A stretch of 50,657 bases of DNA from a bacterium (lineage in GTDB: Bacteria > Patescibacteriota > Minisyncoccia > Minisyncoccales > RBG-13-42-11): NCBI GenBank assembly GCA_043817685.1, contig JBDRGQ010000020.1, positions 1-50,657 on the forward strand, in the 5' to 3' direction. Shown piece after piece: positions 19,521 to 29,011 of this stretch (positions are counted from its first letter, which is position 1; each line of letters opens with the position of its first letter). The notes beneath the pieces are model-generated. The model saw only the letters and a program-made list of their open reading frames with translations. It was not told the origin of the DNA and did no database searches. The position numbers and the translations under genes were made by a program.

Positions 19521-19579
19521 TAGGTGTCAATAGGTGTATTTATAGGCTAATTTAGGTCAGTTTTCCACAGCTTTTACCC

Positions 19580-21280
19580 CTAATCTCTAAGTAATTTATT
19601 TATTTTTGTTCTCGTAGATTGGCCAACAAAACCACTCCCCTGAATTAAACCAAGGGGAGCTAAAATTTCGCTTGCATATCTTTCCTGAAAACGAATTACT
19701 GCTTGCATTGTTAAGGAATAAAAGTTTCCGTTAACTATTCCTTCCGGATAAATATCCGTTCCTTGAGATTTTAAAAACTGCTGCAAACATTTTACTTCAT
19801 TATTATTGCTCATCCCAAAATAAAGGTTGGAATTTAAACTTTCACAACTTCCCCCTTGACCTATAATAGCTGCTATTTGAGCTTGAATCTTGGCTATTTC
19901 AGCTTTTAAATATTCTATCTGAACCAATAATTGTTGTATTAGTTCTTCATTGTCGTCGGGACTTTCATTAACAACCGAAGTTAACCAAATAAATTTATAA
20001 TAGTTTTCTATTCCACTAAACCCGGATAATTTAGTATGAATCGAAGGAATAATCACCAAAAAATCATATGCTGTGCCAAAATTGTTTATGTATATATTCC
20101 CTCTTTTTGAATTACTTAAATCGAAAAATCCTACAGAATATTTCCCGGATTGATCCCGAAGAATATAAGGAACGGAGAAATCCACTCTGTCATCTCCGAT
20201 AAATTCCACTTGCAAAGTCCCGTCTCCACCAATAAACTTAATCCAATTCCCCATCCAATTCTTAGTATAATCAGTCATAGTTAAAGTGCTTTCTCCGCTT
20301 ATTGGTAAGTACGTTAATTGAGGAAGGACTTTTAAATTTTTAAGGTTATTGTTCAAGAAACAATATTTTTGGCCGACAGAACAATCGTTTATTAAAACGG
20401 CTATGGTCCAATCAGTGAAAATCTGAGAAAAATCATCAGAATAACCGTTCTTTTTCAAAGCCTCATTCAAAGAAGGAATGCCTACTTTATTAGAACGCAA
20501 AGAATCTGATAAAATCTTTGCCCCATAATGATCAATAAAATATTGCATGAAAATATTCAAAACTCCATAATCAGAAATTGCGCTTTTCCATTCAGTCAAA
20601 GGATCTGTCGAATTTTGAACAAAAGTACTTACCCTTTTTTGCAATGCTGAGCCAGTATAAATATTATCATACCCTAATATAGTCGGAGCTATTTCCGATC
20701 TTCCTTCGTTCAGCCAAATATCTTCGGTCACTCCATAAATTATTTCTTTTTGGTTAAAATTAATAAGGTGCATAAATTCATGAGCTAAATAGCTTTTGGC
20801 TAAAGGATCAGAAATATAATCTGCATTAAAATAGAGTATTTCTCTCTCATTTGAACTGGGAACTTGCGCCCTTGGGTATTCATCCCCAGAATAAAAATAT
20901 CCTCCTGAATTGGTTTTTATTTTGCTCAAAAGAATGGTTATTCTGTCATCTCTGTCTATCCCAGGTCTCCACTCAAAACCATATAAAGAAGTAAGTCTGG
21001 GATAAATTACATTATCAAATTCTTCTGACAAACTTTTTATGCTGTCTGAGAATATCTTTTTACTCTCTGTGCTTAAACCATCATAATAATTATCCTCTAC
21101 AAAAAAATAAGCATTCTGCCCAATTTGATATAAAAAAGCAGTTATCTCAGACCTTCCCTGATAATCGTAATTAGGATCCACATTAAAATCTAAAACAGTA
21201 GCCTTAATGGTAAAAGGAATTAAAACAAATAAGAAAACTAATATTAATAATTTATATTTATTAATGTTACTCATCTTCAT
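19580..21280 (-). CDS. Secreted zinc metallopeptidase (HExxH) with C-terminal peptidoglycan-binding-like domain
   Basis: Signal peptide, AHEFMHL ... WLNEGRSE, coiled coil, VKCLQQFL ... AVIRFQERY ... GFVGQSTR. Confidence 0.75.
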   Translation of the reverse strand: MKMSNINKYKLLILVFLFVLIPFTIKATVLDFNVDPNYDYQGRSEITAFLYQIGQNAYFFVEDNYYDGLSTESKKIFSDSIKSLSEEFDNVIYPRLTSLYGFEWRPGIDRDDRITILLSKIKTNSGGYFYSGDEYPRAQVPSSNEREILYFNADYISDPLAKSYLAHEFMHLINFNQKEIIYGVTEDIWLNEGRSEIAPTILGYDNIYTGSALQKRVSTFVQNSTDPLTEWKSAISDYGVLNIFMQYFIDHYGAKILSDSLRSNKVGIPSLNEALKKNGYSDDFSQIFTDWTIAVLINDCSVGQKYCFLNNNLKNLKVLPQLTYLPISGESTLTMTDYTKNWMGNWIKFIGGDGTLQVEFIGDDRVDFSVPYILRDQSGKYSVGFFDLSNSKRGNIYINNFGTAYDFLVIIPSIHTKLSGFSGIENYYKFIWLTSVVNESPDDNEELIQQLLVQIEYLKAEIAKIQAQIAAIIGQGGSCESLNSNLYFGMSNNNEVKCLQQFLKSQGTDIYPEGIVNGNFYSLTMQAVIRFQERYASEILAPLGLIQGSGFVGQSTRTKINKLLRD

Positions 21281-21322
21281 TGCATTTATTGATTCTATAA
21301 TATAATTTTCTTTTTATCAAAC

Positions 21323-21354
21323 AAAAAGCCCCGCCGAAGAGGCGGGGACTTTTT
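21323..21354 (-). terminator. Intrinsic terminator after the S-layer-like gene
   Basis: AAAAAGCCCCGCC-GAAGA-GGCGGGGACTTTTT. Confidence 0.85.
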
Positions 21355-21375
21355 GTTGCCTACAAGGAAAGGCGA

Positions 21376-24300
21376 TTAGTAAGTCAAGGTATTACCTGAT
21401 ACAGGTAACCCAGAGACTTTCTGGTTAGCATTTGCTGCTAATCCATCATCCCAGTAGAAATCAGCATCTTCTATGCTAACTTCAAGGGTTTCTATAGTAG
21501 TTCCGCTAAGATTCATCTGACTGGTATCTCCTTTCAAAATGTATGTGACAGGAGTAGCGCCAATCTGATAACCAGCGCCAGGATAAATAGTTACCCAACC
21601 CGTGGTATCAGTAGATGTAGCGTTAGCGTAAGAAATACCTGATCCTATACTTGTTGAAGGATCAGTACTCTTGTAGAGATTGAAGGTCCTATCCCAAATA
21701 AGGGAATTGTTGGCAGTACTTGTAGAGTTGATACTAACAGAGAACCTGATGGCATTTACATTTACTGTAACTGCCGAGTTCGCATTAGTAACATCAAATC
21801 TGAGTACTTCCTTTAAACTTCCAGGAGCCGAAGCACCGGAAGGCGAAGAACCATTCAGGCTCACAACAGGTTTTGTAGCATACAGCCACATTTCACTACC
21901 TGTAAGAGCCGTAATGGTTGCATCATCAGTGCCAACGATAGTACCAGTAGTCAGTGTTGTACCCGAACTCTTTCCTTTGGCGGTAATCAGAGTGACATAA
22001 TCAGCACTACCATTACCCAAAGCAAACAACAATGTGCTTCCTTCGGCAAGAGATGTGTAAGCTGACAAATCAACCTTCAAGGTCAATATCTTGTCGCCAA
22101 CTGGAACTGTAACTTCAGATCCTGATGGGAATGAGAAGACTACTTTACCAGAAGTATCTGCTGAAGCGTAACTGGTTCCCAACCAAGTGGTTCCACTGTA
22201 TAGATATACCGCACCGACATTAGCGTCAGCACCGGCAACCCTGCCAATGGTTTCTGTACCACCGTATTTAAGACCGAGCTTAAGATTATCAGCAATATTA
22301 GTAGCACCTGTGACAGAGTCACTGATCTCTACAGAATTTCCAGCTGAAGTAGGAAATAAAACTATAGTAGTTCCACTTACACTTGCTCTGATAGCAGAGG
22401 CACAGGTAGAACTAGCTCCAGCCATGTCTGCAATGAACCCAGCTGTAGTTGTAGCTACCGCTCTATTCCAAGTAACAGAACATGTGGTTGTTGCTGCATC
22501 ATTCACTGAATACTGGAATGTATATGGAGTAGCACTTGTAGCTAAAGCAAATAATCCAGTTGTTCCACCAGCATAACTAACACTTGAACCTGTTGCGACT
22601 GCACTATGAGTCACTTCAAACTTAATCTTTTCAAGATTAATCTCTTCGTTCGTCCCGGTAAACTTCCATGAACCCATCGTTACCTTGCTATTGCCTGCCA
22701 CATAAGAGGCAGAGACAGCAGTGTCAACGTCCGTGGATATGGTTAAGCTTCCGGCTGATCCGAAGACCATTCCCTGACCAGATATACCATTACCCATGGT
22801 AATAGTGGCGGCAGCCAATGCTGTTCCAGATTGTAAACCGTTTCCAGAAACATCTGTGCTTGTAGCTATACCAAAGTAATAGTATATTTCTGTGCTGCTG
22901 CTATTTGTAACATCAAGCTTTATGTCAATGGCCTTTGTAGTTCCCTTAGGAATTGACAAACTAAGACCTGTGAAATCTGCATAGGCATAGTTTGCTCCGT
23001 TTGTCATTGTAGGAACAGTTGAACCAATCTGGGTTGAACCAGAGTAAAGTTTAACATTGCTTACCATATCACGAACAACCAAGCCATTTGCTGTATAACG
23101 GACTTCCTCAAAAGCGGATAGACCGGTGGCCAAAGTTGCACTCGTAGTAGCATCACCAGCAATTCTGATCTTGGTGATCTTCAAATCTTCAGTACTTGAA
23201 GCTGTGAAGTAAAGAGTAGTCACCAAATCTGCTGAAGAATTCTTAATGAATGTCATTGAGGCAGGAACCGTGGCTGCTGTGATAGCTAATCCTGGTGCGC
23301 CCTTTGTCATTACATTACCGTTAGCGGCTGACCAAGTTCCTGCAACTGCGATAGTTGTACCAGAATCTTTTCCAGCGGCAGTAACATCATCAGCTGAATT
23401 TAACCAGGCCTGTAATGCTGCTGTGATTGATCCTGTAGGAATATCAGCAATGACCGTTAAAGTCTTTGTTGTATTCTTTGCAACTGTCAGAGTAATGCTG
23501 AAATTGGCATAACCTGAAGATATTGTGTTGTCTGTAGCAAGCAATGTGCTTCCGTCATACAATTTAACATTGTTGACATCAGCTACGGCTGCTGCAGTAC
23601 CACTTGCAGTGTCTGAAGTGCTTGTACCGAAGAAAACATTGAACTGTGAAACTAACATATCTTCACCAGTTGAAGTTAATTCAAATTTGGCGAAAGTGTA
23701 GTTTGAAGTTCCAACAGCGTATGTTGCTGCAGTGGGTGTGTCTGAACTTGGTCCTGCGGTCAAAGTGCCGTATTCAATAATGTCATGCAAAATGGTGCTT
23801 CCGATTGAGTCAGTACCGACAATCTCACTTGTTCCAAGGTCATTTTGTGAACTTAAACCGTCTGCTCTAATGTATGTTTGCACGTCAGTTATCTTGAAAC
23901 CGAGCACTGTATCTGCAACTGTAGCTCCAGATGAAACATCGGCTTTAGCCAACACGATCTTTGATTCGGACTTTGCTAAATCGAAAAGTCCGGATGCATC
24001 AAGACCTGAGGTATAAGAACCGAAGGTTACATAACCTGAAATCATTGTGGCAGGGCCAGCAACGACTTCTCCGGTTTCTGCATCATACAATGTGATATTG
24101 CTTATATCTGCATCTGAAAGTGAAGTGCTAGCTTCCTGAAACTTAATCTGAGTTACTCTTATTCCTTCATTTGCACCAGCAGTAAACTTAAAGGCAACAA
24201 CATCGTTTTGAAGTGTACCTCTGGAATAATCCTGGGCTGAAGGGCTGTAAGATGAGTCAAGAGAAACATTCAATGACCCCAAGATAACACTAATTGAAGA

Positions 24301-25728
24301 TGCTTGTTGTGGCCAGGTATCAGCAGCGTATGTATTACCATAAGCTACAATCTGTCCACCACTGTTTGATCCGTAAGCCGTAACATCTGTGTTCGCTGAA
24401 ATTTCAAACTGTACTGTTCTGCCATCCACTCCAATGCTTGTTCCAACGTCTACATAAACAGTCAGGGTCTTTGAACCTCCAGCTAATATAGCTAATGGAC
24501 TATCGGAAAAATCGATAGTTGCTTTTCCATTAGTTAAAGCTGCAACTGTTAAGCCTAACTGAGTTGATCCATAGAACAACTTGATGTTGGCTATATCAGT
24601 ATCTACTGAGGTTCCTACCTCTGTAATTGTTACTGAATAAAGTTTAATTGCTTCACTCGAAGAAGCTGTAAATTTAAATCCAGCAACTGCCTGTTCTTGT
24701 CCTCCGGCTAAAATGTCTCCAGAAGGAGAAGTTGTGCTGGCAACCTCAACTAAACCGGCTGAAATTCCGGCGATACTCATCCCACCACTTAAGATTGGAA
24801 ATACTCCGTCTAAAGCTATGGTTGAAGTAATATCAGTTGATGCGTTAATTGCGAATTTAGGTGTATTGCCCTGGCTTGCACCAGAAGCAATACTGGCTTT
24901 GACTGACAAAACCTTGCAAGTGTTTGCAGGAATTGTCCAGTTTAAAGAAGAAAACGTAGCTTTATGAGTAGTAGAATTCAAAGCCTGGGTTGCCCCAACT
25001 TGAGTTACACCATCATAAAGTTTTACATAGGAAATGTCAGTGTCTGCTGCAATTCCTGCTCTGGTAACTATAATCTTTGAGATTGTATTTGCTTCAGCAG
25101 CTGTGCAAACGTTAGCTTTCAAAAAGATAACGTTCTGTGCTCCTTTAGCAATAGTAGCTGCACCTGGTGTGTCAGCTGCTAACTCTATCTTATTAGTACC
25201 AGCTGTAGGAGTTGTATCTCCCCCTGATGTATCTCCTCCAGATGTGGAGACCATTGTGTTTAATTTAGCCCTTGTTGAAGAGCCAACGTAACCAGTTCCA
25301 GATGAAAGTCCCAAAGGTGTTAAAATCTCTGAGGCATAATTCTCCTGGAATTTGATTGCGGCAGCTTTAGTCAAAGGACCAAAGTAATTAGTTTCGCTAC
25401 CGGCTGAGCCAACTCCTGATGCGGTAAGCTGTGTTGCAGCGTCAGAGTTTAAGATGATCTGTAAACATTTTACATCATCACCCGACATGCCAACTTTAAG
25501 GCTTCTATCAAAGGACGTAATAGTACATCCTGTAACAGTGCCTCCGGTTGAACCACCTTGAAGCTGACTCAATAGAGCCACGGCATTAGCCAATTGCTGT
25601 GTTAAGCTTGCGACTAATGCTTCAAGTTCTGCCATTGTTGCTGCTTTGACAGATCCGGGGCCAACCATTAAAGTTGCACATGCAACCAAAGTAACGGTAG
25701 CTATAATCTTTTTTGCTATATTAGGCAT
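21376..25728 (-). CDS. Large S-layer-like surface protein with N-terminal peptidoglycan-binding-like domain and repeated beta-rich modules
   Basis: Signal peptide, coiled coil, LKVGMSGDDVKCLQ, about 7 repeats of F.FTA...I.NVKLY.G.T..G; Ser/Thr/Ala/Gly-rich; long leader and strong terminator. Confidence 0.7.
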   Translation of the reverse strand: MPNIAKKIIATVTLVACATLMVGPGSVKAATMAELEALVASLTQQLANAVALLSQLQGGSTGGTVTGCTITSFDRSLKVGMSGDDVKCLQIILNSDAATQLTASGVGSAGSETNYFGPLTKAAAIKFQENYASEILTPLGLSSGTGYVGSSTRAKLNTMVSTSGGDTSGGDTTPTAGTNKIELAADTPGAATIAKGAQNVIFLKANVCTAAEANTISKIIVTRAGIAADTDISYVKLYDGVTQVGATQALNSTTHKATFSSLNWTIPANTCKVLSVKASIASGASQGNTPKFAINASTDITSTIALDGVFPILSGGMSIAGISAGLVEVASTTSPSGDILAGGQEQAVAGFKFTASSSEAIKLYSVTITEVGTSVDTDIANIKLFYGSTQLGLTVAALTNGKATIDFSDSPLAILAGGSKTLTVYVDVGTSIGVDGRTVQFEISANTDVTAYGSNSGGQIVAYGNTYAADTWPQQASSISVILGSLNVSLDSSYSPSAQDYSRGTLQNDVVAFKFTAGANEGIRVTQIKFQEASTSLSDADISNITLYDAETGEVVAGPATMISGYVTFGSYTSGLDASGLFDLAKSESKIVLAKADVSSGATVADTVLGFKITDVQTYIRADGLSSQNDLGTSEIVGTDSIGSTILHDIIEYGTLTAGPSSDTPTAATYAVGTSNYTFAKFELTSTGEDMLVSQFNVFFGTSTSDTASGTAAAVADVNNVKLYDGSTLLATDNTISSGYANFSITLTVAKNTTKTLTVIADIPTGSITAALQAWLNSADDVTAAGKDSGTTIAVAGTWSAANGNVMTKGAPGLAITAATVPASMTFIKNSSADLVTTLYFTASSTEDLKITKIRIAGDATTSATLATGLSAFEEVRYTANGLVVRDMVSNVKLYSGSTQIGSTVPTMTNGANYAYADFTGLSLSIPKGTTKAIDIKLDVTNSSSTEIYYYFGIATSTDVSGNGLQSGTALAAATITMGNGISGQGMVFGSAGSLTISTDVDTAVSASYVAGNSKVTMGSWKFTGTNEEINLEKIKFEVTHSAVATGSSVSYAGGTTGLFALATSATPYTFQYSVNDAATTTCSVTWNRAVATTTAGFIADMAGASSTCASAIRASVSGTTIVLFPTSAGNSVEISDSVTGATNIADNLKLGLKYGGTETIGRVAGADANVGAVYLYSGTTWLGTSYASADTSGKVVFSFPSGSEVTVPVGDKILTLKVDLSAYTSLAEGSTLLFALGNGSADYVTLITAKGKSSGTTLTTGTIVGTDDATITALTGSEMWLYATKPVVSLNGSSPSGASAPGSLKEVLRFDVTNANSAVTVNVNAIRFSVSINSTSTANNSLIWDRTFNLYKSTDPSTSIGSGISYANATSTDTTGWVTIYPGAGYQIGATPVTYILKGDTSQMNLSGTTIETLEVSIEDADFYWDDGLAANANQKVSGLPVSGNTLTY

Positions 25729-26021
25729 TTTTAATTAATTAATTTTTAATTTCGACAAATAATTTATTTCTCTGTCGCGTCGACCTTTGATCCCTTGAAC
25801 TATTACTTTAGTTTGAAAGGGTTTTTAATTTCACGACCTTACGTAACGGCCACGAAACTAATTCCCCTTTCTGACTATTTTTCTTAGTTCGGTAATCGCG
25901 ACTCCATTGTTAATGAATAATGGGCTGGCAAAAAACAAACCAAGTTTTTTACAAACCCGAACATTTAACTATTCTTCCTTAAATTATTGTTAAGGTCAAT
26001 GCTGTCAATTGTGGAAAACTG

Positions 26022-26723
26022 TTACTGATTAGTTAAATACAACTCTAATGCTTCTGAATATTCTCCTTCTTCAAACAATCCTTTCATCTGTATTAATATT
26101 TCAGACGTTTCATCTATCATTTGTCTATCCTCTAAATCTTCTATCAAATTTCCAACTATTCTCTTAAAAGCTTCATCCCATTCAGAAGTTTCTTTTTCAC
26201 TTAAAACTACTCCCAAAGCTTCTATTCTATTCTTATTATCCTCTAATTTCTTGGTTTCCTTTATTAATCTCTCTATACTTTCAGGGCTGGAAGTAGATAT
26301 TTTAAAGCTTCCCAGATTTCTTACTGCTTCTGATATATTAGCTTCAAATTCATACATCGTAGGAGCTAAATTCTTAGCTGGAGCTGTAGCCAAATCTTCT
26401 AGTCTATCATTTGCTAATTTAAGCTGAAAAGTAGATTTTTCTTCGTCTGACACAAAAATAGCCTCCCCGATATGGGCGACTTTTCTTATCGAATATAGGA
26501 CATCACCAGGGATTGAATTTTTGACCAATCCATAGCTAATTCCTCCTAACATCAAGAAAAACACGAAAAAACCAGCAAAAGCTAGCTTTAATGAAGGGAA
26601 AAACAAGATATTTGTCTCTTCTCCTTTAAAAAGCTCTTTTTTATTAAAAGAAACCCAATCTTTACTGGGCTTTACGTCTCTTAATTGCTTAAGCTGACTA
26701 ATGAGTTCTTTTTCTTGCATCAT
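26022..26723 (-). CDS. Single-TM putative anti-sigma factor (DUF5667-like)
   Basis: ELISQLKQL...KP N-terminus, TM helix, SIPGDVLYSIRK and LANDRLEDL; directly after the ECF sigma. Start placed at ATG 26723. Confidence 0.6.
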   Translation of the reverse strand: MMQEKELISQLKQLRDVKPSKDWVSFNKKELFKGEETNILFFPSLKLAFAGFFVFFLMLGGISYGLVKNSIPGDVLYSIRKVAHIGEAIFVSDEEKSTFQLKLANDRLEDLATAPAKNLAPTMYEFEANISEAVRNLGSFKISTSSPESIERLIKETKKLEDNKNRIEALGVVLSEKETSEWDEAFKRIVGNLIEDLEDRQMIDETSEILIQMKGLFEEGEYSEALELYLTNQ

Positions 26724-26752
26724 ACAATTACGACGCAAAATAGGGTGTTTTA

Positions 26753-27256
26753 TTACACTTCTTTTACTCTATTTTTAAGGGATTTTAAGGCCCTATGTAA
26801 TATAACTCTAGTATTTTGCTCTGATTTATTCATCATTTCAGCTACTTTTTTAATTGGAAGATCATCCAAATAGTGCCAAACAATAACGTTTTGGTAGTCT
26901 TCTTTAAGATCATTTAAGGCTAATTTCACTTGACCCAAGTCTGAAGCAAATATAGCCTTTTCTTCTAAGTTAGCTTCTGGGTCATAAATAGGTATATTTT
27001 CAGCAGAAACGACCTGTGTTCTGCCTTTTTTCCTATAGTAATCAGTAACTAGATTACGAGCAACCCTGTATATGAAAGCCTGATGGTTTTCAATAGTATT
27101 ATTCTTGTTCTTATAAAACTCCCAGCACTTTATAAAGGTTTCCGAACATATGTCTTGAGCTATATCTTTTGAACTTACCTTCAAAAAAACAAACCTGTAT
27201 ATTTTATCAATATATTGGTCGTATATTTTACTGAATTCTTTACGAGGATTTGCCAT
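26753..27256 (-). CDS. ECF RNA polymerase sigma factor
   Basis: IYRFVF, AQDICSETF, YRVARNLVTDYYRK, region 4 VAEMM...VILHRALK. Confidence 0.92.
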   Translation of the reverse strand: MANPRKEFSKIYDQYIDKIYRFVFLKVSSKDIAQDICSETFIKCWEFYKNKNNTIENHQAFIYRVARNLVTDYYRKKGRTQVVSAENIPIYDPEANLEEKAIFASDLGQVKLALNDLKEDYQNVIVWHYLDDLPIKKVAEMMNKSEQNTRVILHRALKSLKNRVKEV

Positions 27257-27317
27257 AATTTATGCTTGTTTTGATAGGACATTACCTATGTCCTACATAT
27301 ATATATGTATGTCCTAC

Positions 27318-27884
27318 CTAAGCAGTACGTGATTTCAACTGATAAAAGGTATTATTCTTCTCTCCAATCCTTTCAATCTTACTATTATGAAGTAGGCCCT
27401 CAAAATCTCTTCTTAGGGTCCTTTTAGTGACTTCAGGAAGGATCTCTTTTAACTGCCAAACCTGGGCTCTGCCGTTTTCTTTTAAAAAGGCTATTATCTT
27501 CTCCTGTCTTTCTGTTAAGCCTGATTGATGCTGAAAACTGTTATTTTCCGAGCCCAAAAAGGGTGAGGAGGAAGATGAATCTTTAGATTCATCGAGCCCT
27601 ATCTGAGGAAGGGTTTGTTGAGGTATTATTTCCTCATTCTCAAGGAGAGCTCTTAAATTACCATAATCTTGCCTTATTGCCAAGATATCAGAAGGGCTTA
27701 CCCAATTCTGAGCTAAGCTGATCTCAAAAAAGTTATCTAAAATAACCAAATCTTCATTATTTGGACTAGCCAAAAAGCTGGCAGCCACTTCCCTCATTTT
27801 ATACCTTAATGGTTCTTTTTTAGGGAAGAATAAAGTTATTCTGTATAAATTATTTGTTAGTTGAATTATATGGTTTTTATCCAT
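27318..27884 (-). CDS. Transcription regulator with helical-bundle N-terminus and C-terminal DeoR-like winged HTH
   Basis: FPKKEPLRYKMRE; LTERQEKII ... VTKRTLRRDF ... IERIG. Confidence 0.7.
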   Translation of the reverse strand: MDKNHIIQLTNNLYRITLFFPKKEPLRYKMREVAASFLASPNNEDLVILDNFFEISLAQNWVSPSDILAIRQDYGNLRALLENEEIIPQQTLPQIGLDESKDSSSSSPFLGSENNSFQHQSGLTERQEKIIAFLKENGRAQVWQLKEILPEVTKRTLRRDFEGLLHNSKIERIGEKNNTFYQLKSRTA

Positions 27885-27977
27885 CGAAATAAATTGAAAA
27901 TTTATTGAAGATCGAAATGAATCTTTGATTCATTGAGTATTAAAAAACACTATATTACATAGTGAAACACTGGATAA

Positions 27978-28006
27978 ATTATAGCTGAAAAATAACAATT
28001 AGTCAA
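27978..28006 (-). promoter_or_regulatory. Sigma70 promoter of the HTH/ECF module
   Basis: TTGACT, 17 bp spacer, TATAAT. Confidence 0.75.
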
Positions 28007-28051
28007 AATAAAAACAGGGAATATCCCCTATTTATAAGCTTAAAACGCCGT

Positions 28052-28288
28052 TTATTGCTCTAATTTTAATCCAATTTTTTCTGCCAACTGATGAACCCAT
28101 TTTTCTAATTTATCCACCTTATGGGCTAGCATTACCATTTCTTGGAAGTAACTATCTGCTTTCTTGGCATAAGCATCAACTGAAATCTGAAGATTATTAA
28201 AATCTTCTTTTATTTCATCAAACCTCTTATCTATGCCCGTGAATTTCTGGTCTAAATATTCAATTAATTCGCTAGAATCTTTTTCCAT
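28052..28288 (-). CDS. Small coiled-coil hypothetical protein
   Basis: Heptad pattern; has its own promoter. Confidence 0.7.
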   Translation of the reverse strand: MEKDSSELIEYLDQKFTGIDKRFDEIKEDFNNLQISVDAYAKKADSYFQEMVMLAHKVDKLEKWVHQLAEKIGLKLEQ

Positions 28289-28296
28289 ACAAATTT

Positions 28297-28324
28297 ATTA
28301 TAGCTCTGGCGAAAATCCTGTCAA
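28297..28324 (-). promoter_or_regulatory. Sigma70 promoter, near-leaderless
   Basis: TTGACA, 16 bp spacer, TATAAT ending 8 nt before ATG 28288. Confidence 0.7.
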
Positions 28325-28399
28325 ACAAAAACTAAACTAAATTAAGTTTTCCACAGCTTTAGGCTGGATAGATTTTCTATCTTTTGGTAGAATAGCCGA

Positions 28400-29005
28400 A
28401 TGTGTTTTAATCTTTCAAAAAGAACAAAAGTTATTTTTATTGTCGTTGTTTTATTAATTCTTCTGGCTGGAGGATTTTTTTATTATTGGCAGAATAGAGA
28501 AATAAAAGGTAGTCCTGATGATTACGTAATTACAGAAACCGAACAAGGAAAAATTGTAGAAAACGAAAAGGCAGGATTTTCAGTAGAAGTACCTAAAGGA
28601 TGGACACCAGAAAAAATGAAGGTGGAAGAAGGAGTAATTTCAATCAATTCACAAGATGCAGAATTTGAAAAAAAAGATAACCAAATAGTTTTACCCTTAC
28701 AAAAAGGATGCGTTATTAACATAGAAATTATCTATCGAGAATTAACCATTGACCAACTAAAGGATGAAGTTAAGTATACCCATTTTTTAATGGGTAAAAT
28801 ATTCGACGAATTTGAGGAGATTGATATTGATGATTTTTTAGCTTTAAAAAATAATTTTAATACTGAATCCTCTGGAGAAACATTAGCTATATATATACCT
28901 AAGGAAAATAAAATATATTCTTTCTTTCTCTTTTGGGGCCCAAACAATGAAGAATTTTGCACACAAGCTTTTAATGAATTTTTAGAAAAAATTTCTATAA
29001 AATAG
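28400..29005 (+). CDS. Membrane-anchored hypothetical protein (PsbP-like fold possible)
   Basis: N-terminal TM helix; GFSVEVPKGW motif; C-terminal FNEFLEKI. Confidence 0.6.
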   Translation: MCFNLSKRTKVIFIVVVLLILLAGGFFYYWQNREIKGSPDDYVITETEQGKIVENEKAGFSVEVPKGWTPEKMKVEEGVISINSQDAEFEKKDNQIVLPLQKGCVINIEIIYRELTIDQLKDEVKYTHFLMGKIFDEFEEIDIDDFLALKNNFNTESSGETLAIYIPKENKIYSFFLFWGPNNEEFCTQAFNEFLEKISIK

Positions 29006-29011
29006 TTCTTT

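Noticed and set aside
25213..25244. Tandem SGGDT-SGGDT repeat in the S-layer gene
   Set aside because: An ordinary 15-bp linker duplication with two copies.
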